This document shows positions 26,961 to 36,612 of a stretch of 64,000 bases of DNA, in pieces (within the stretch, counting starts at the first letter, position 1; every line of letters begins with the position of its first letter). The position numbers and the translations under genes are program-made. The DNA comes from a virus. Taxonomy: Duplodnaviria; Caudoviricetes. Below the pieces are notes generated by a model. That model saw only the letters and a program-made list of their open reading frames with translations. It did not search any database and was not told where the DNA came from. The stretch is from positions 192,001 through 256,000 of IMG/VR virus record IMGVR_UViG_3300027804_000001. One strand, 5' to 3'.

Positions 26961-29052
26961 TTTTAATTTTTTTAAAAAATTCTTTTAATTCGGGGAAGTA
27001 ACTGTTTACATCCAAATCTCTTCTTTTTTTATACTCATCTGTAAAGTCTAATAAATCTTTTTTGTCTTTATCAAAATCTTTATAGTTTGTGTCATAATCA
27101 GCAACAAAGATGTCACGTATTCTCATAATTTTTTCAATCTCTTGAGTTGAAAACCCAACATCCTCTAACTTTTGTGTCTTATGAAAATTTAAACTTCTAA
27201 ATGTTGAGTTGAATTTCATATACTTTATCCATCTTTCAAATACATCAACACTTATGTAGTCTTTCAATAACCTAAAACTCATAAATGGTGGGTGTCTCAA
27301 ATAGGATGTATCCAAGATTAATGCAGTATTCCAATATCTCATGTTATTAAAGTGTCTCATTTTCATTTTGTGAACTTTTTTAATTAAAAGTTCATATGAA
27401 AACACACTAAAAATATTGAAGGTTGACATAATAACGATAGTAACTCTTGGTAATTTGGTTAATATCTTATCAATGTTCTGAAATAATTTTTCAAAACTCA
27501 TTCCGAATCTTGTGTATTCTGATTGTTTTCCATATGCATCACAAGAAGTAAAAATAACTAATTCGTGTACTCTATTATCTTTAATGATTAAATCCAACTT
27601 GTCAATTAGTTTGTCGATTAAATCATCAGTTACACCAAGATTACTATTAATCGATAACTTAAGATTTTTATTGGGGTTTTCGGTTTCAATTATGTAATCT
27701 AAAACTTTCCATGTGTCTTTGTGTAATAATGGTTCTCCGCCGGTTATTCTAAAGGTATCTAAGCTACCATATAATTCAGGAAACCATTCCCAAAACGCAT
27801 TTACATAAGGATTGTCCTCTGTTTGTTTGTATGGTCTTGTACCTCTTTCATCCATTCTTCTCGTACCATTATATTCATATGAAAGATTATATGCTCCGTG
27901 TTGATTAATTTCCTCCATCCATTTAGATGAATATTCGGGACCACAATAAGCACATTTAAAATTACATGTATTTGCAAAACTTATCTCGGCATATTTGGGG
28001 TTATAATCATCCCTCCAATTTGATTGACTAATTTCTTCAAAATATGGTTCAGACCACGGTTCGGATGATTTAAAAACTCTATCTGAATAAGAACTTGAAT
28101 TATCTTCAACATTCCAACAATATTGACACTCCGAAGGTCTTCTATCCTCAAGCATTTCTTTTCTTGCTTGTTTTTTGATTTTGCTATTATGTAAGGCGGA
28201 AGGGTTTCTTGAAATTTCCTCTAAACCAATTTTATGTGGCTCGGGGTGGTGACAACTATGTGTTGTACCATTATGTAGGTGCATAGTAACTTGTGTCCAT
28301 TTAGCCAAACAAAACCCACAACCAACATCATCTAATTTTTCTTTTACTATTTCAAAACCAACACTAGACATTTTATTTTTTCTTTTCAAAAATGTCTTTT
28401 CTTTATATTGTTCAATAATTAAAAATTCTTCGGTAGAATTTTCTAAATCAAAAAATGCGTATAGTTTGTTATAATCTTTAATATTAATAATCTCAATCTC
28501 TTTTTTTAGAACTGATTCTAATGTTTTTATATTAACAACCGACTGAAAAACACTAAAATGATTAACATCCATCTCAGTTATACACTTATGTGCGGATGTA
28601 ATACTATCCATGTTATGACAACCAATGTATATTGGTTCATTTTTATAGTCATCAATTAATGGATTAGAGTTTTCGATGGTATCAAACAATTTAAAATCTT
28701 TGTACAAATAATATGTTGTTCCGTCAAATTGTACTGTGACATTTATAAAGTTTTGAAATACTTTCGGATCTATATTATCATATAAAAAATAATTGAACTT
28801 ATCGTATAAATCTCCGTCTTCATTTTTTTCTTTCGTCCAAAATTCAAATACAAAATAATTGACTTTGTAATCATAACTAATACCAAAGTTTTTACCGGGT
28901 ATACCCATAAATCCAATCTTATCGTCCTGTTTATAATCTCTTGAAACTCTAAAAGTTGTTGAGATGGTAAATGGACCATCAGTAATGATATTGGTTTGTG
29001 CCTCTGTTGATTTTGGTTTTAAAAACCAAGGTTTTAAATATTCTATTCTCAT
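26944..29052 (-). CDS. LamG-like domain fused to a twitch-type radical SAM enzyme
   Basis: aa ~235-702 are paralogous to 24744..26195 (CGFCLAKW, SCHHP, CQYCW, CNFKCAYC, ITGGEP). aa 1-~230 are LamG-like. Confidence 0.85.
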   Translation of the reverse strand: MRIEYLKPWFLKPKSTEAQTNIITDGPFTISTTFRVSRDYKQDDKIGFMGIPGKNFGISYDYKVNYFVFEFWTKEKNEDGDLYDKFNYFLYDNIDPKVFQNFINVTVQFDGTTYYLYKDFKLFDTIENSNPLIDDYKNEPIYIGCHNMDSITSAHKCITEMDVNHFSVFQSVVNIKTLESVLKKEIEIINIKDYNKLYAFFDLENSTEEFLIIEQYKEKTFLKRKNKMSSVGFEIVKEKLDDVGCGFCLAKWTQVTMHLHNGTTHSCHHPEPHKIGLEEISRNPSALHNSKIKKQARKEMLEDRRPSECQYCWNVEDNSSSYSDRVFKSSEPWSEPYFEEISQSNWRDDYNPKYAEISFANTCNFKCAYCGPEYSSKWMEEINQHGAYNLSYEYNGTRRMDERGTRPYKQTEDNPYVNAFWEWFPELYGSLDTFRITGGEPLLHKDTWKVLDYIIETENPNKNLKLSINSNLGVTDDLIDKLIDKLDLIIKDNRVHELVIFTSCDAYGKQSEYTRFGMSFEKLFQNIDKILTKLPRVTIVIMSTFNIFSVFSYELLIKKVHKMKMRHFNNMRYWNTALILDTSYLRHPPFMSFRLLKDYISVDVFERWIKYMKFNSTFRSLNFHKTQKLEDVGFSTQEIEKIMRIRDIFVADYDTNYKDFDKDKKDLLDFTDEYKKRRDLDVNSYFPELKEFFKKIKNENKV

Positions 29053-30476
29053 TTCATTTTGGTATTTATGAACATTGTATTTGGATATAATGTTTCATCT
29101 ATGTTAACAATTTCAGTTACGTCTAAAATCTTATTAAATCCTTCCTCTCTATAATTTATTTTTTGTTGTTGCATTTCGGTAACGAATCTTTTTTCATTTC
29201 TTGCAGTTGTTTCACCTTTCGCCCATTGACCGTTTACATAACCTTCATCCAAATGATGCATACAATCAAACGCACCCTCTCTTCTATATGGTAATATGTT
29301 TTCAATAACATTAATATCTTCTTGAGTATATGTTACATCGCGACTATCACATCCTAAATCTTGTACTAATTCTATTTGACCTTTTGTAAACTCATAATGT
29401 AACTTTAAATTTTGATTCTCGTCTTCATCAAAAATTTTAGTTGCGTCATCAAAAAATTTATTATAAATTTTCACCTCTGAAATTTTACCTTTATAATAAA
29501 CATTTTGATGGTTACAAAATCCCAATAAAAATACTTTAAGAGCGTCGTGTCTTTTTAATTGTCCTTTAATTGGAAATGGTGCATTTACTTTAATACCATT
29601 CATGTTACTTATCAATTCGTTATTCACAAAAAGATACTGTTTTCTTGTTGTGGAATCATAGGAAATAGTAACCCAAGTCCATAAGTTTTCAAATCTTTTT
29701 GCCCAATTATAATAGTGTTGGGTATCCTCGTCAAAACAAACCATTGTAACTGCTCTAGAATTATTAAATGATAATCCCCACGTCCAACTACCATCTTTTC
29801 TAATTAAAGGATATTCAATAAACTTTCTGTCTTTATCTCCAACCAACCATATGGGATTCTTATCATGTTGTTGTTCCGCTTTAAACAAAACCGAAACCGT
29901 ATGATCACCAATTAAAGAACCACTAATTTCTCTGGTTGTTTCTGATGCAAAAACTGATGAAGAACCATTAAAATTTGCAACAATTCTATTTTTATATTTT
30001 TTATATATTCTACCAGTAGTGTAACCTTCATAATAACATCTCCAAAACAAATCATCATCTTCTTGACCCCAATCCCAATAATCATTTGAATAACCATTGG
30101 TTTTTTCTACTTGTTCTTTGTTGAACAACACTACTCCACCAAAGTATTGGTCATAACCCAATCCGTAACTATATTTTGATAACATAGTTGCTATATGTAT
30201 TGGATTTTTGGTTGGATAGGAATAATCACAGGTATCGTCGTGAGGTATCATGTCCACATCGTGCCAAGCAATATAATCACATCCATCTTCAAATGCGTAA
30301 TGTGCTGCAATATTTTTCATTGATCCTCTATTAAAAAGTTTTTCATCTACTTGGTGACCAACATAGAACTTATGTGGAATACCCTGTTTATTTAAATGAT
30401 TTGTTAACTCGGGTATTAATTTTTCAATGTGTTCTTTTCTATTTCTGTATGGTATACAAATTCCTAATTTTTTCAT
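29049..30476 (-). CDS. GT7 (beta-1,4-galactosyltransferase-like) enzyme with an inserted LamG domain
   Basis: IPYRNR, FNRG, WHDVD, YFGGV and NGYSNDYWDWGQEDDD, then a ~210-aa LamG-like insert, then RREGAFDCMHH. Confidence 0.85.
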   Translation of the reverse strand: MKKLGICIPYRNRKEHIEKLIPELTNHLNKQGIPHKFYVGHQVDEKLFNRGSMKNIAAHYAFEDGCDYIAWHDVDMIPHDDTCDYSYPTKNPIHIATMLSKYSYGLGYDQYFGGVVLFNKEQVEKTNGYSNDYWDWGQEDDDLFWRCYYEGYTTGRIYKKYKNRIVANFNGSSSVFASETTREISGSLIGDHTVSVLFKAEQQHDKNPIWLVGDKDRKFIEYPLIRKDGSWTWGLSFNNSRAVTMVCFDEDTQHYYNWAKRFENLWTWVTISYDSTTRKQYLFVNNELISNMNGIKVNAPFPIKGQLKRHDALKVFLLGFCNHQNVYYKGKISEVKIYNKFFDDATKIFDEDENQNLKLHYEFTKGQIELVQDLGCDSRDVTYTQEDINVIENILPYRREGAFDCMHHLDEGYVNGQWAKGETTARNEKRFVTEMQQQKINYREEGFNKILDVTEIVNIDETLYPNTMFINTKMK

Positions 30477-31894
30477 ATTCCAACAATTACGTGGGTTACA
30501 TTTTTATTTTTTACGTGAGAGTGTTCTATAAATTGACAATTGTTTAAACCGTCGTCTTTATAACTAACATTCCCTTTTTTTACTTCATTATAAAATCTTA
30601 ATTGATTGTATCTTGTTAATTTAGTTTTCCAACCATTTAACACATAACCATTTTCTTCGTGTGGAATTAATTGAAATGTTGAATTTCTTCTATATGGGAC
30701 ATCAATTTCTTTTGTTTCTTCATGTGAATAACCAACTATTTCACAATTATAAATTTGACCGTTATTTCCATTACCACTTAAATCCATTAATTTATAACCC
30801 TTAATAAATTTTGCATCGTAATTTAAAATCAATTTATGGTCAGAAACATAGTTACCAAAGTTTTGTGTTAAACCAAAATATTGATTATTTGAAATTTCTC
30901 TTATTTCGTCATCGGAAAGAATATCAGAATACACAGCAAAATTACTAATTGTACCCTTAAAGAATTTTTGGTCATTATTTCTATTTGGGTTTGAACACCC
31001 TAAATAAAATTTATTTTCTTTAGTTATATAATCTCTCAGTCTTTTAATTTTTTTATAGTCAACTACTAATCCATCTTGATAGAGTCTTATCTCTTTTTCG
31101 TATGTGTCAATTGTTATTGCAATGTTTGTTTTGTAATTTGTAACAATATTAGATTCTAAATGAATGATATCATTATTTTCATCGAAAATTTGAAATACAT
31201 ATCTTGAATATGAACTATAACCAATTAAAAAATCATAACCAGGTACACCAAAACAAGCATACATATCGTCATCTCTTTCATGATTCATTTCTATTTCATC
31301 GGGAAAGAAACTAATGAAAATTGTATTTTTATACTTGAAATCAAAAATGTTATTTGACTCTACATAAGAATTTACGCCATTGAATTTAAGGGTAGCAACA
31401 TTCCCACCTTTTTGTTGTATTTCCTTTGTGTTTAAGGGTATTTTCTCTTGTTGACATCTGAATAATAATTCAGTGTCTTCATATCCCCAACCCCAATATT
31501 TGTTTGAATACCCATTAACTTGTTCAAAATATTCAACAGGAAATAAAGTTACCCCACCAAAATATTCATCAAAAACGATTCTTTTGAATTTATATGTGGT
31601 AAGTAATTCTGTTGCCATATGTAAAGGAATGTCATAATAGGAATAGTCGACATCTATCGGTAACATATCAACGTCGTGAAAAACAACATAATCACACCTT
31701 AATTTTTTGGCGTATATGAATCCTATATTTAATAGTTTACCTCTATTAAACGCATTTCCGTTATCTTGTTCAACAACGATTAATTCATATTTAATGTTTT
31801 TATCAGATAGATAGTTTTTTAAATGTGTCTTAAACTGAATTAATTGTGGATATCTGTTTCGATATGGTACAATGATTCCAAGTTTATGAGACAT
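30473..31894 (-). CDS. GT7 (beta-1,4-galactosyltransferase-like) enzyme with an inserted LamG domain
   Basis: VPYRNR, FNRGKLLNIG, FHDVD, YFGGV and NGYSNKYWGWGYED, then a LamG insert (FKGTISNFAVYSDILS), then RRNSTFQLIPH. Confidence 0.88.
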   Translation of the reverse strand: MSHKLGIIVPYRNRYPQLIQFKTHLKNYLSDKNIKYELIVVEQDNGNAFNRGKLLNIGFIYAKKLRCDYVVFHDVDMLPIDVDYSYYDIPLHMATELLTTYKFKRIVFDEYFGGVTLFPVEYFEQVNGYSNKYWGWGYEDTELLFRCQQEKIPLNTKEIQQKGGNVATLKFNGVNSYVESNNIFDFKYKNTIFISFFPDEIEMNHERDDDMYACFGVPGYDFLIGYSSYSRYVFQIFDENNDIIHLESNIVTNYKTNIAITIDTYEKEIRLYQDGLVVDYKKIKRLRDYITKENKFYLGCSNPNRNNDQKFFKGTISNFAVYSDILSDDEIREISNNQYFGLTQNFGNYVSDHKLILNYDAKFIKGYKLMDLSGNGNNGQIYNCEIVGYSHEETKEIDVPYRRNSTFQLIPHEENGYVLNGWKTKLTRYNQLRFYNEVKKGNVSYKDDGLNNCQFIEHSHVKNKNVTHVIVGI

Positions 31895-32148
31895 TATTTT
31901 CTACCTGTTTTTTTTGGTGCCGGAACATCTTCTTGGTTCTCGTCACTACCTTTTACGATTTTGTTGTGGAATTCGGCTAAATAATACTGAACACGATTGC
32001 TCCACTCATCTTTGTCGATTTCTTCGAACCAAACAGTTAATGCATCTAAAGAATTTGCAATTTTTTCTAATGCCTTTGTTTTTCTTTGTTCAAGAATCAG
32101 TAATTCTTCTTCAAATTGTTTGTTTGGTTTTTTTGTTGAGTCTGTCAT
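31894..32148 (-). CDS. Hypothetical protein (84 aa, helical)
   Basis: Tiles between its neighbours with 1-4 nt overlaps. Confidence 0.65.
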   Translation of the reverse strand: MTDSTKKPNKQFEEELLILEQRKTKALEKIANSLDALTVWFEEIDKDEWSNRVQYYLAEFHNKIVKGSDENQEDVPAPKKTGRK

Positions 32149-32996
32149 ATTGATTTTATTTTATTTATTAATTTATTCCAGTTAGAATACTCTTTATAAT
32201 CACCTAATATACAATTTTTTTCGAACATAAACAAGAAATTATCGAGATTAATTTTGAATCTACTTTTTCTTAATGAATTGTACATTATTCTATACTCATC
32301 AGAGAACGAATAATCTTGATTATTATCTGCAACGGACTTAATTCTTTCTATGGAAGTTGAATCCCACTTAAAATGATGTACTTGAACCTGAAAATTTGGG
32401 TTTATGAGTGGGTGTGACCATCCTTGCCATCTCCATGTTGTTTGTCCTTCTATTTTGGCATAGTGTTGTCCGGAAGTAATTTCAATATACCCCTTTACAA
32501 TACATATTTTATTAGGATTTGCTTGACTTAACGGGTATCTGAAAAACCCCGCGTTTGGATATTGTTCAAAAATTAATTGATTTTCTTTTAACTCCACAAA
32601 TTCACCATCAGGTCCTATTCTATCAATAAAACCACCCCTAACAATTTCATATCCTTTATCATTACAGTCGTCTATGATACCAATTAAGTCATTATTAGGG
32701 TATAAATGGAATTCGTCGATATCGGCAATTACCCACCAATCGTTTGGATGTTTTGATTTTATAAAATTATATAGTTGTGTTACTTTCTCCCAATCAAAAA
32801 TCCTGTCTTTTATTGTTCTAACAATAGAAACATTATCGTAATCTTTAATTTGTTCCTCAACTTTTGATTTTAAATCTGGTGAGATTTGAGATTCATAAAC
32901 AATTATGTTAATCTCATCAACATATTGTTTATAATGTTGTACGAAATGAGGAATTAAGTTGTGTCCGTGACCTATAACAGTTACTAATCTAATCAT
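32145..32996 (-). CDS. GT2-like / GT92-like glycosyltransferase
   Basis: HFVQHY, WWVIADIDEFH (DxD), GGFIDR and QVHHFKW motifs. Confidence 0.7.
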   Translation of the reverse strand: MIRLVTVIGHGHNLIPHFVQHYKQYVDEINIIVYESQISPDLKSKVEEQIKDYDNVSIVRTIKDRIFDWEKVTQLYNFIKSKHPNDWWVIADIDEFHLYPNNDLIGIIDDCNDKGYEIVRGGFIDRIGPDGEFVELKENQLIFEQYPNAGFFRYPLSQANPNKICIVKGYIEITSGQHYAKIEGQTTWRWQGWSHPLINPNFQVQVHHFKWDSTSIERIKSVADNNQDYSFSDEYRIMYNSLRKSRFKINLDNFLFMFEKNCILGDYKEYSNWNKLINKIKSI

Positions 32997-33739
32997 TTTC
33001 TTCTATTAACCACCGTAATACCGCTTGATGACGGCTTTGTGTTTAATATACGAAAATTAAATAAATTAATCAAATTCCACTCAGTATTTTCTTGTAATTC
33101 TTTGATGAATTTTGATGGTCCGTCAAATCTATCGTGAGTTTCTTTTGTATCTTCCGAAATAATAAATGTCTCCTCATAATCATCATCTGTATCGTGTATA
33201 ATGATTATACCATTATCAGATAATAATTTGGAATATAATTCAAAATCTTTTTTAACTCCTTCATATGAATGGTCACCATCAATAAAAAGAACATCTATTT
33301 TAATATTTTGTCTAACAAAGAAATTATAATATGCTTCTTCGGATGTAGATTTAATAAATCGTGGATGGAAATGTTTTCTAAAAAAAGATTTTTTATCATC
33401 TAAATCATTTGGACCTCCAACACCATTACATGCATCAACCAAATATGTTGCACCTATCTCACCCCAATTTAAATCGGGGTTTCCTTCAAATATACTTTGA
33501 GTATGTAAATCCATTCTCGCTTGTGACATTATTCTTGGAATATAACCACCACCCGATCCAATACATACACAAACTTTTGCTCTCATATGTTGAATGATTG
33601 AGTAGACTATAAGTCCATCTCCCATATGTTCTTTAGTTGCTCCGTGTGTCCACAAATAAGGAACCAATACACCATCATTTGATGTTATGTTATTTTCAAT
33701 GTAATCCTGATTTAATAAGTTTTTATTATTCATAAACAA
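32993..33739 (-). CDS. Class I SAM-dependent methyltransferase (Methyltransf_24-like)
   Basis: VCIGSGGG and IDVLFIDGDHSYEGVKKDF...GIIIIHDT motifs. Confidence 0.88.
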   Translation of the reverse strand: MFMNNKNLLNQDYIENNITSNDGVLVPYLWTHGATKEHMGDGLIVYSIIQHMRAKVCVCIGSGGGYIPRIMSQARMDLHTQSIFEGNPDLNWGEIGATYLVDACNGVGGPNDLDDKKSFFRKHFHPRFIKSTSEEAYYNFFVRQNIKIDVLFIDGDHSYEGVKKDFELYSKLLSDNGIIIIHDTDDDYEETFIISEDTKETHDRFDGPSKFIKELQENTEWNLINLFNFRILNTKPSSSGITVVNRRK

Positions 33740-34436
33740 TTAAGTCTTTTATTATTTCGTAAAGTTCTTCATCTTTTTGTAACGGTGTATTTGAAAAAAT
33801 CGAACTCATAGTCATTGTTATTCCTTCACCTGCACCAACTATATCTTTATTTTCTAAAACATCACAGTATTCTTTTATTATCTGTAATTTTTCATAATGT
33901 TTATAGAATTCTTTATAATCATGTTTTTTAAAAACTAAAAAATGTTCCCATATTGTTTCTTTATCCATAAAATCACTGATTTTAGAATTAACATATGCAA
34001 AATACATTTTCCAATCATTTTTAAAAATCAAGTTCATTTCACTTATAGTAAATTTATTAATTCTATGTTTGGATAAATTTTCGATATATGTTATACCATC
34101 TTTAAAATTATAGTTCTTTAGTTTTTTTAAAACTTTAAAGTCGGCATCATATTTCATATCCGCATCTATCACTATTGCAATATCCATATCCAATAATATT
34201 TCTTTTACTAAAAGTATTTTGTCATGATATGATTTTATTTCTTTTTTATAATCAATTACATTAAGTAGAAATGGTGAATATTTTGGATAAAAAAATTCAG
34301 GGTTATCAGTCAAGACATAACACTTATATCCCAACTCCATCAAATTATTTAATTTTCTAACTGTTCCTTTGAAATATTTTTCATCCCCAAAACAAAGAAT
34401 ACCAAATCCTATTTTATTTGTTTGTTCCATAAGCAT
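33726..34436 (-). CDS. Hypothetical protein, putative GT-A-fold glycosyltransferase; paralog of 880..1557
   Basis: YVLTDNPE, SYHDK, VIDAD (DxD), YEKL and GAGEGI motifs. Confidence 0.5.
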   Translation of the reverse strand: MLMEQTNKIGFGILCFGDEKYFKGTVRKLNNLMELGYKCYVLTDNPEFFYPKYSPFLLNVIDYKKEIKSYHDKILLVKEILLDMDIAIVIDADMKYDADFKVLKKLKNYNFKDGITYIENLSKHRINKFTISEMNLIFKNDWKMYFAYVNSKISDFMDKETIWEHFLVFKKHDYKEFYKHYEKLQIIKEYCDVLENKDIVGAGEGITMTMSSIFSNTPLQKDEELYEIIKDLIVYE

Positions 34437-35058
34437 ATAGACCTAAATGTTTTATTTCCACACTTAATAGTGTATCTATATATACCTTGTGTCCTACATC
34501 TCTTAATTTTTTTAAAACATTAAAATCCTCACCTAACCAATCATTTGATTGTTCATTATATATAAACTCAAAATATGGTTTTTGTACTTGATTAAAAATT
34601 TCCGTTTTCATTAATAAACAACCCATCCCAACACCTTCAACTTCTATTAATTCCTCTTCGACTTTTAATGATAGAAAACTGTCCCAATCGCCCACATTCT
34701 TATATGCTACAGGTTTAATAGGATTGGTTCTTTTTAAGTAATTACATCCCACAATATCTTTATTGTGTTCTAAAAGTCTTAAAGCTGTTGTGGATGGAAA
34801 AACCATATCACTATCCAACCATAAAACATAATCTGAATTTATATTTTTTGCCTCCTCTATTAACTTTTCTCTCTGATTTAATAAAATAGTACTCGAGTCA
34901 AAAAATAAATAAGTATCAATTACCTCACTGGTTGTTTTATATAATTGAGTTAAACTATATGCAAAATGTGTATGAACGGATTCTCTTGTTGGAACTAAAA
35001 TTGATAGTTTTTTATTGTTTCCACTCCACAATGACCCGTTATATAAATTCTTTCTCAT
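34414..35058 (-). CDS. GT2-like glycosyltransferase
   Basis: YVLWLDSDMVFP, KDIVG, GVGMGCLL, GEDF and VYIDT....HLG motifs. Confidence 0.75.
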   Translation of the reverse strand: MRKNLYNGSLWSGNNKKLSILVPTRESVHTHFAYSLTQLYKTTSEVIDTYLFFDSSTILLNQREKLIEEAKNINSDYVLWLDSDMVFPSTTALRLLEHNKDIVGCNYLKRTNPIKPVAYKNVGDWDSFLSLKVEEELIEVEGVGMGCLLMKTEIFNQVQKPYFEFIYNEQSNDWLGEDFNVLKKLRDVGHKVYIDTLLSVEIKHLGLYAYGTNK

Positions 35059-35501
35059 AATCCTGGTGTGTTATTTGAAAAACTATCTTCTTGGTTTGAC
35101 ATGTTTTTAGCCAATTTGATTAATTCTTGAATTCTTTTTGAAAATAGTTGGTAGTCTTTTATTGGTAATTGACTTATTAATGAATAAGTTTCTTTAGTAA
35201 ATGTATTTGTGGTTACAATTTCAATCGCACCGATTCTTGCCCATTTCTCAATTAAAGAAATTCTTGAAATATTTTCATTGTTCTCTAAAATACCTCGTAA
35301 CCTTTCTTGATTTAGATTATTTAAAATCTCAACCAAAATTTCTCTTTCTTCTCTTGCATTTTTGGAAAAAAACGAAAGAAATTTAAGTCTTTTGATTCTT
35401 TTAATTAATCTGATTAGTTTTTCCCTATCATGATCAACTCCTGACCATATTATATAGGTTAATTCGTATTTAGATGGAAATGATTTATAACTCAAATTCA
35501 T
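35055..35501 (-). CDS. Hypothetical protein (148 aa)
   Basis: ORF tiles with its neighbours. No recognisable motif. Confidence 0.6.
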   Translation of the reverse strand: MNLSYKSFPSKYELTYIIWSGVDHDREKLIRLIKRIKRLKFLSFFSKNAREEREILVEILNNLNQERLRGILENNENISRISLIEKWARIGAIEIVTTNTFTKETYSLISQLPIKDYQLFSKRIQELIKLAKNMSNQEDSFSNNTPGL

Positions 35502-35540
35502 TGAGTTAATATACGAAAAAAAATTGAATTTGTGAATAAA

Positions 35541-35771
35541 TTAGATATAATCGTTAGGTGTGGTCAATCCTCCGAAATCTGATGATTCTATTGTTTGAGA
35601 TCCTGATGCAATACTAGCGATTACGGTAGTGGCCCTATTACGACCCACCCCTAAACTTGAATTTAATCCAAGATTTGTATTTGCGGCGTTTCCTGATCCC
35701 GTAATCAGTCCTAATGCTGCCGCGACTTTTCCAATACTTATTTCCGAACCGGTTGCTGGTACTAAACCCAT
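35541..35771 (-). CDS. Small Gly/Ser/Ala-rich putative virion protein
   Basis: 76 aa, MGLVPATGSEISIG... Preceded by the TATTTATA motif, and first in the block downstream of the lectin and fibre genes. Confidence 0.55.
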   Translation of the reverse strand: MGLVPATGSEISIGKVAAALGLITGSGNAANTNLGLNSSLGVGRNRATTVIASIASGSQTIESSDFGGLTTPNDYI

Positions 35772-35790
35772 TATCTAAAACTAGTTTTTA

Positions 35791-35798
35791 TATAAATA
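35791..35798 (-). promoter_or_regulatory. Putative late-promoter motif (sense TATTTATA)
   Basis: 20 nt upstream of the 35771 start. The same motif recurs upstream of nine other starts. Confidence 0.55.
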
Positions 35799-35850
35799 CT
35801 TATAATTTTGATTTATTCTTATGTTATTAATATATGTTTTTTATTTAACA

Positions 35851-36609
35851 CTATAAACCAAATCTTTTTTTTGTGTTATTATAATTTTGTAAAACTTGAG
35901 TTGAGGTTAAAGCTGTGGAATGTACCATAAGTTGAGCCAATGTACCGTTAAAAACCGAACCATAACTATCCGTACCCACCCCATAACTATCAGAATTACA
36001 CGGTCCCCACATTGTACATATAGCACAAACGGGTCCAGTTGTGTTTGTTATTGTTTTAGTTGCATCAAGTGAACCATTTATATACATTTTCATTGAGGTG
36101 GTTGATTCTTTAACCCACACTAAATTTTTCCAACCTCCTGTATTCACCAATGTTGTTCCTAAATATGTTTGCCACGCACCGTCATAATTCCAATATTCCA
36201 TATATCCATTAACAAGTGTATATGCAATGTTTACCGGACCACCACTACAGTGAGATAAGATACCAACCCTTCCTGTAGTGGTAAATTTACACCATATAGA
36301 TACAGTACAAGTATTTCCCAAATTAAAAGAAGAAAATTTACCCCAGTCATTAGTACCATCGAATACAAATTCGTTATTTTTTCGATTTTTATTATGTGTT
36401 GGGGGGCCGGAAGTAGTTGTAGAATATGTACCACCACCAGAATTATATAAGGTTACGTCTCTTCCGTTTCCACTTAAATCTTTCCATGTTGACCCCGACC
36501 CTGAATATGAGAAACCTCTATCGGAGTCTAAAAATAATTCAATATTTGTTAATACTAAATTATTTAAGTTTTTAATTGAATCAGATTTATTATATGGTCC
36601 TACGTACAT
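35851..36609 (-). CDS. LamG/ConA-like lectin-domain virion protein
   Basis: LD..G.SYSGSG.TWKDLSGNG, FDGTND, W..LVWV, MYING and C-terminal NYNNTKKRFGL. Confidence 0.8.
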   Translation of the reverse strand: MYVGPYNKSDSIKNLNNLVLTNIELFLDSDRGFSYSGSGSTWKDLSGNGRDVTLYNSGGGTYSTTTSGPPTHNKNRKNNEFVFDGTNDWGKFSSFNLGNTCTVSIWCKFTTTGRVGILSHCSGGPVNIAYTLVNGYMEYWNYDGAWQTYLGTTLVNTGGWKNLVWVKESTTSMKMYINGSLDATKTITNTTGPVCAICTMWGPCNSDSYGVGTDSYGSVFNGTLAQLMVHSTALTSTQVLQNYNNTKKRFGL

Positions 36610-36612
36610 GTT

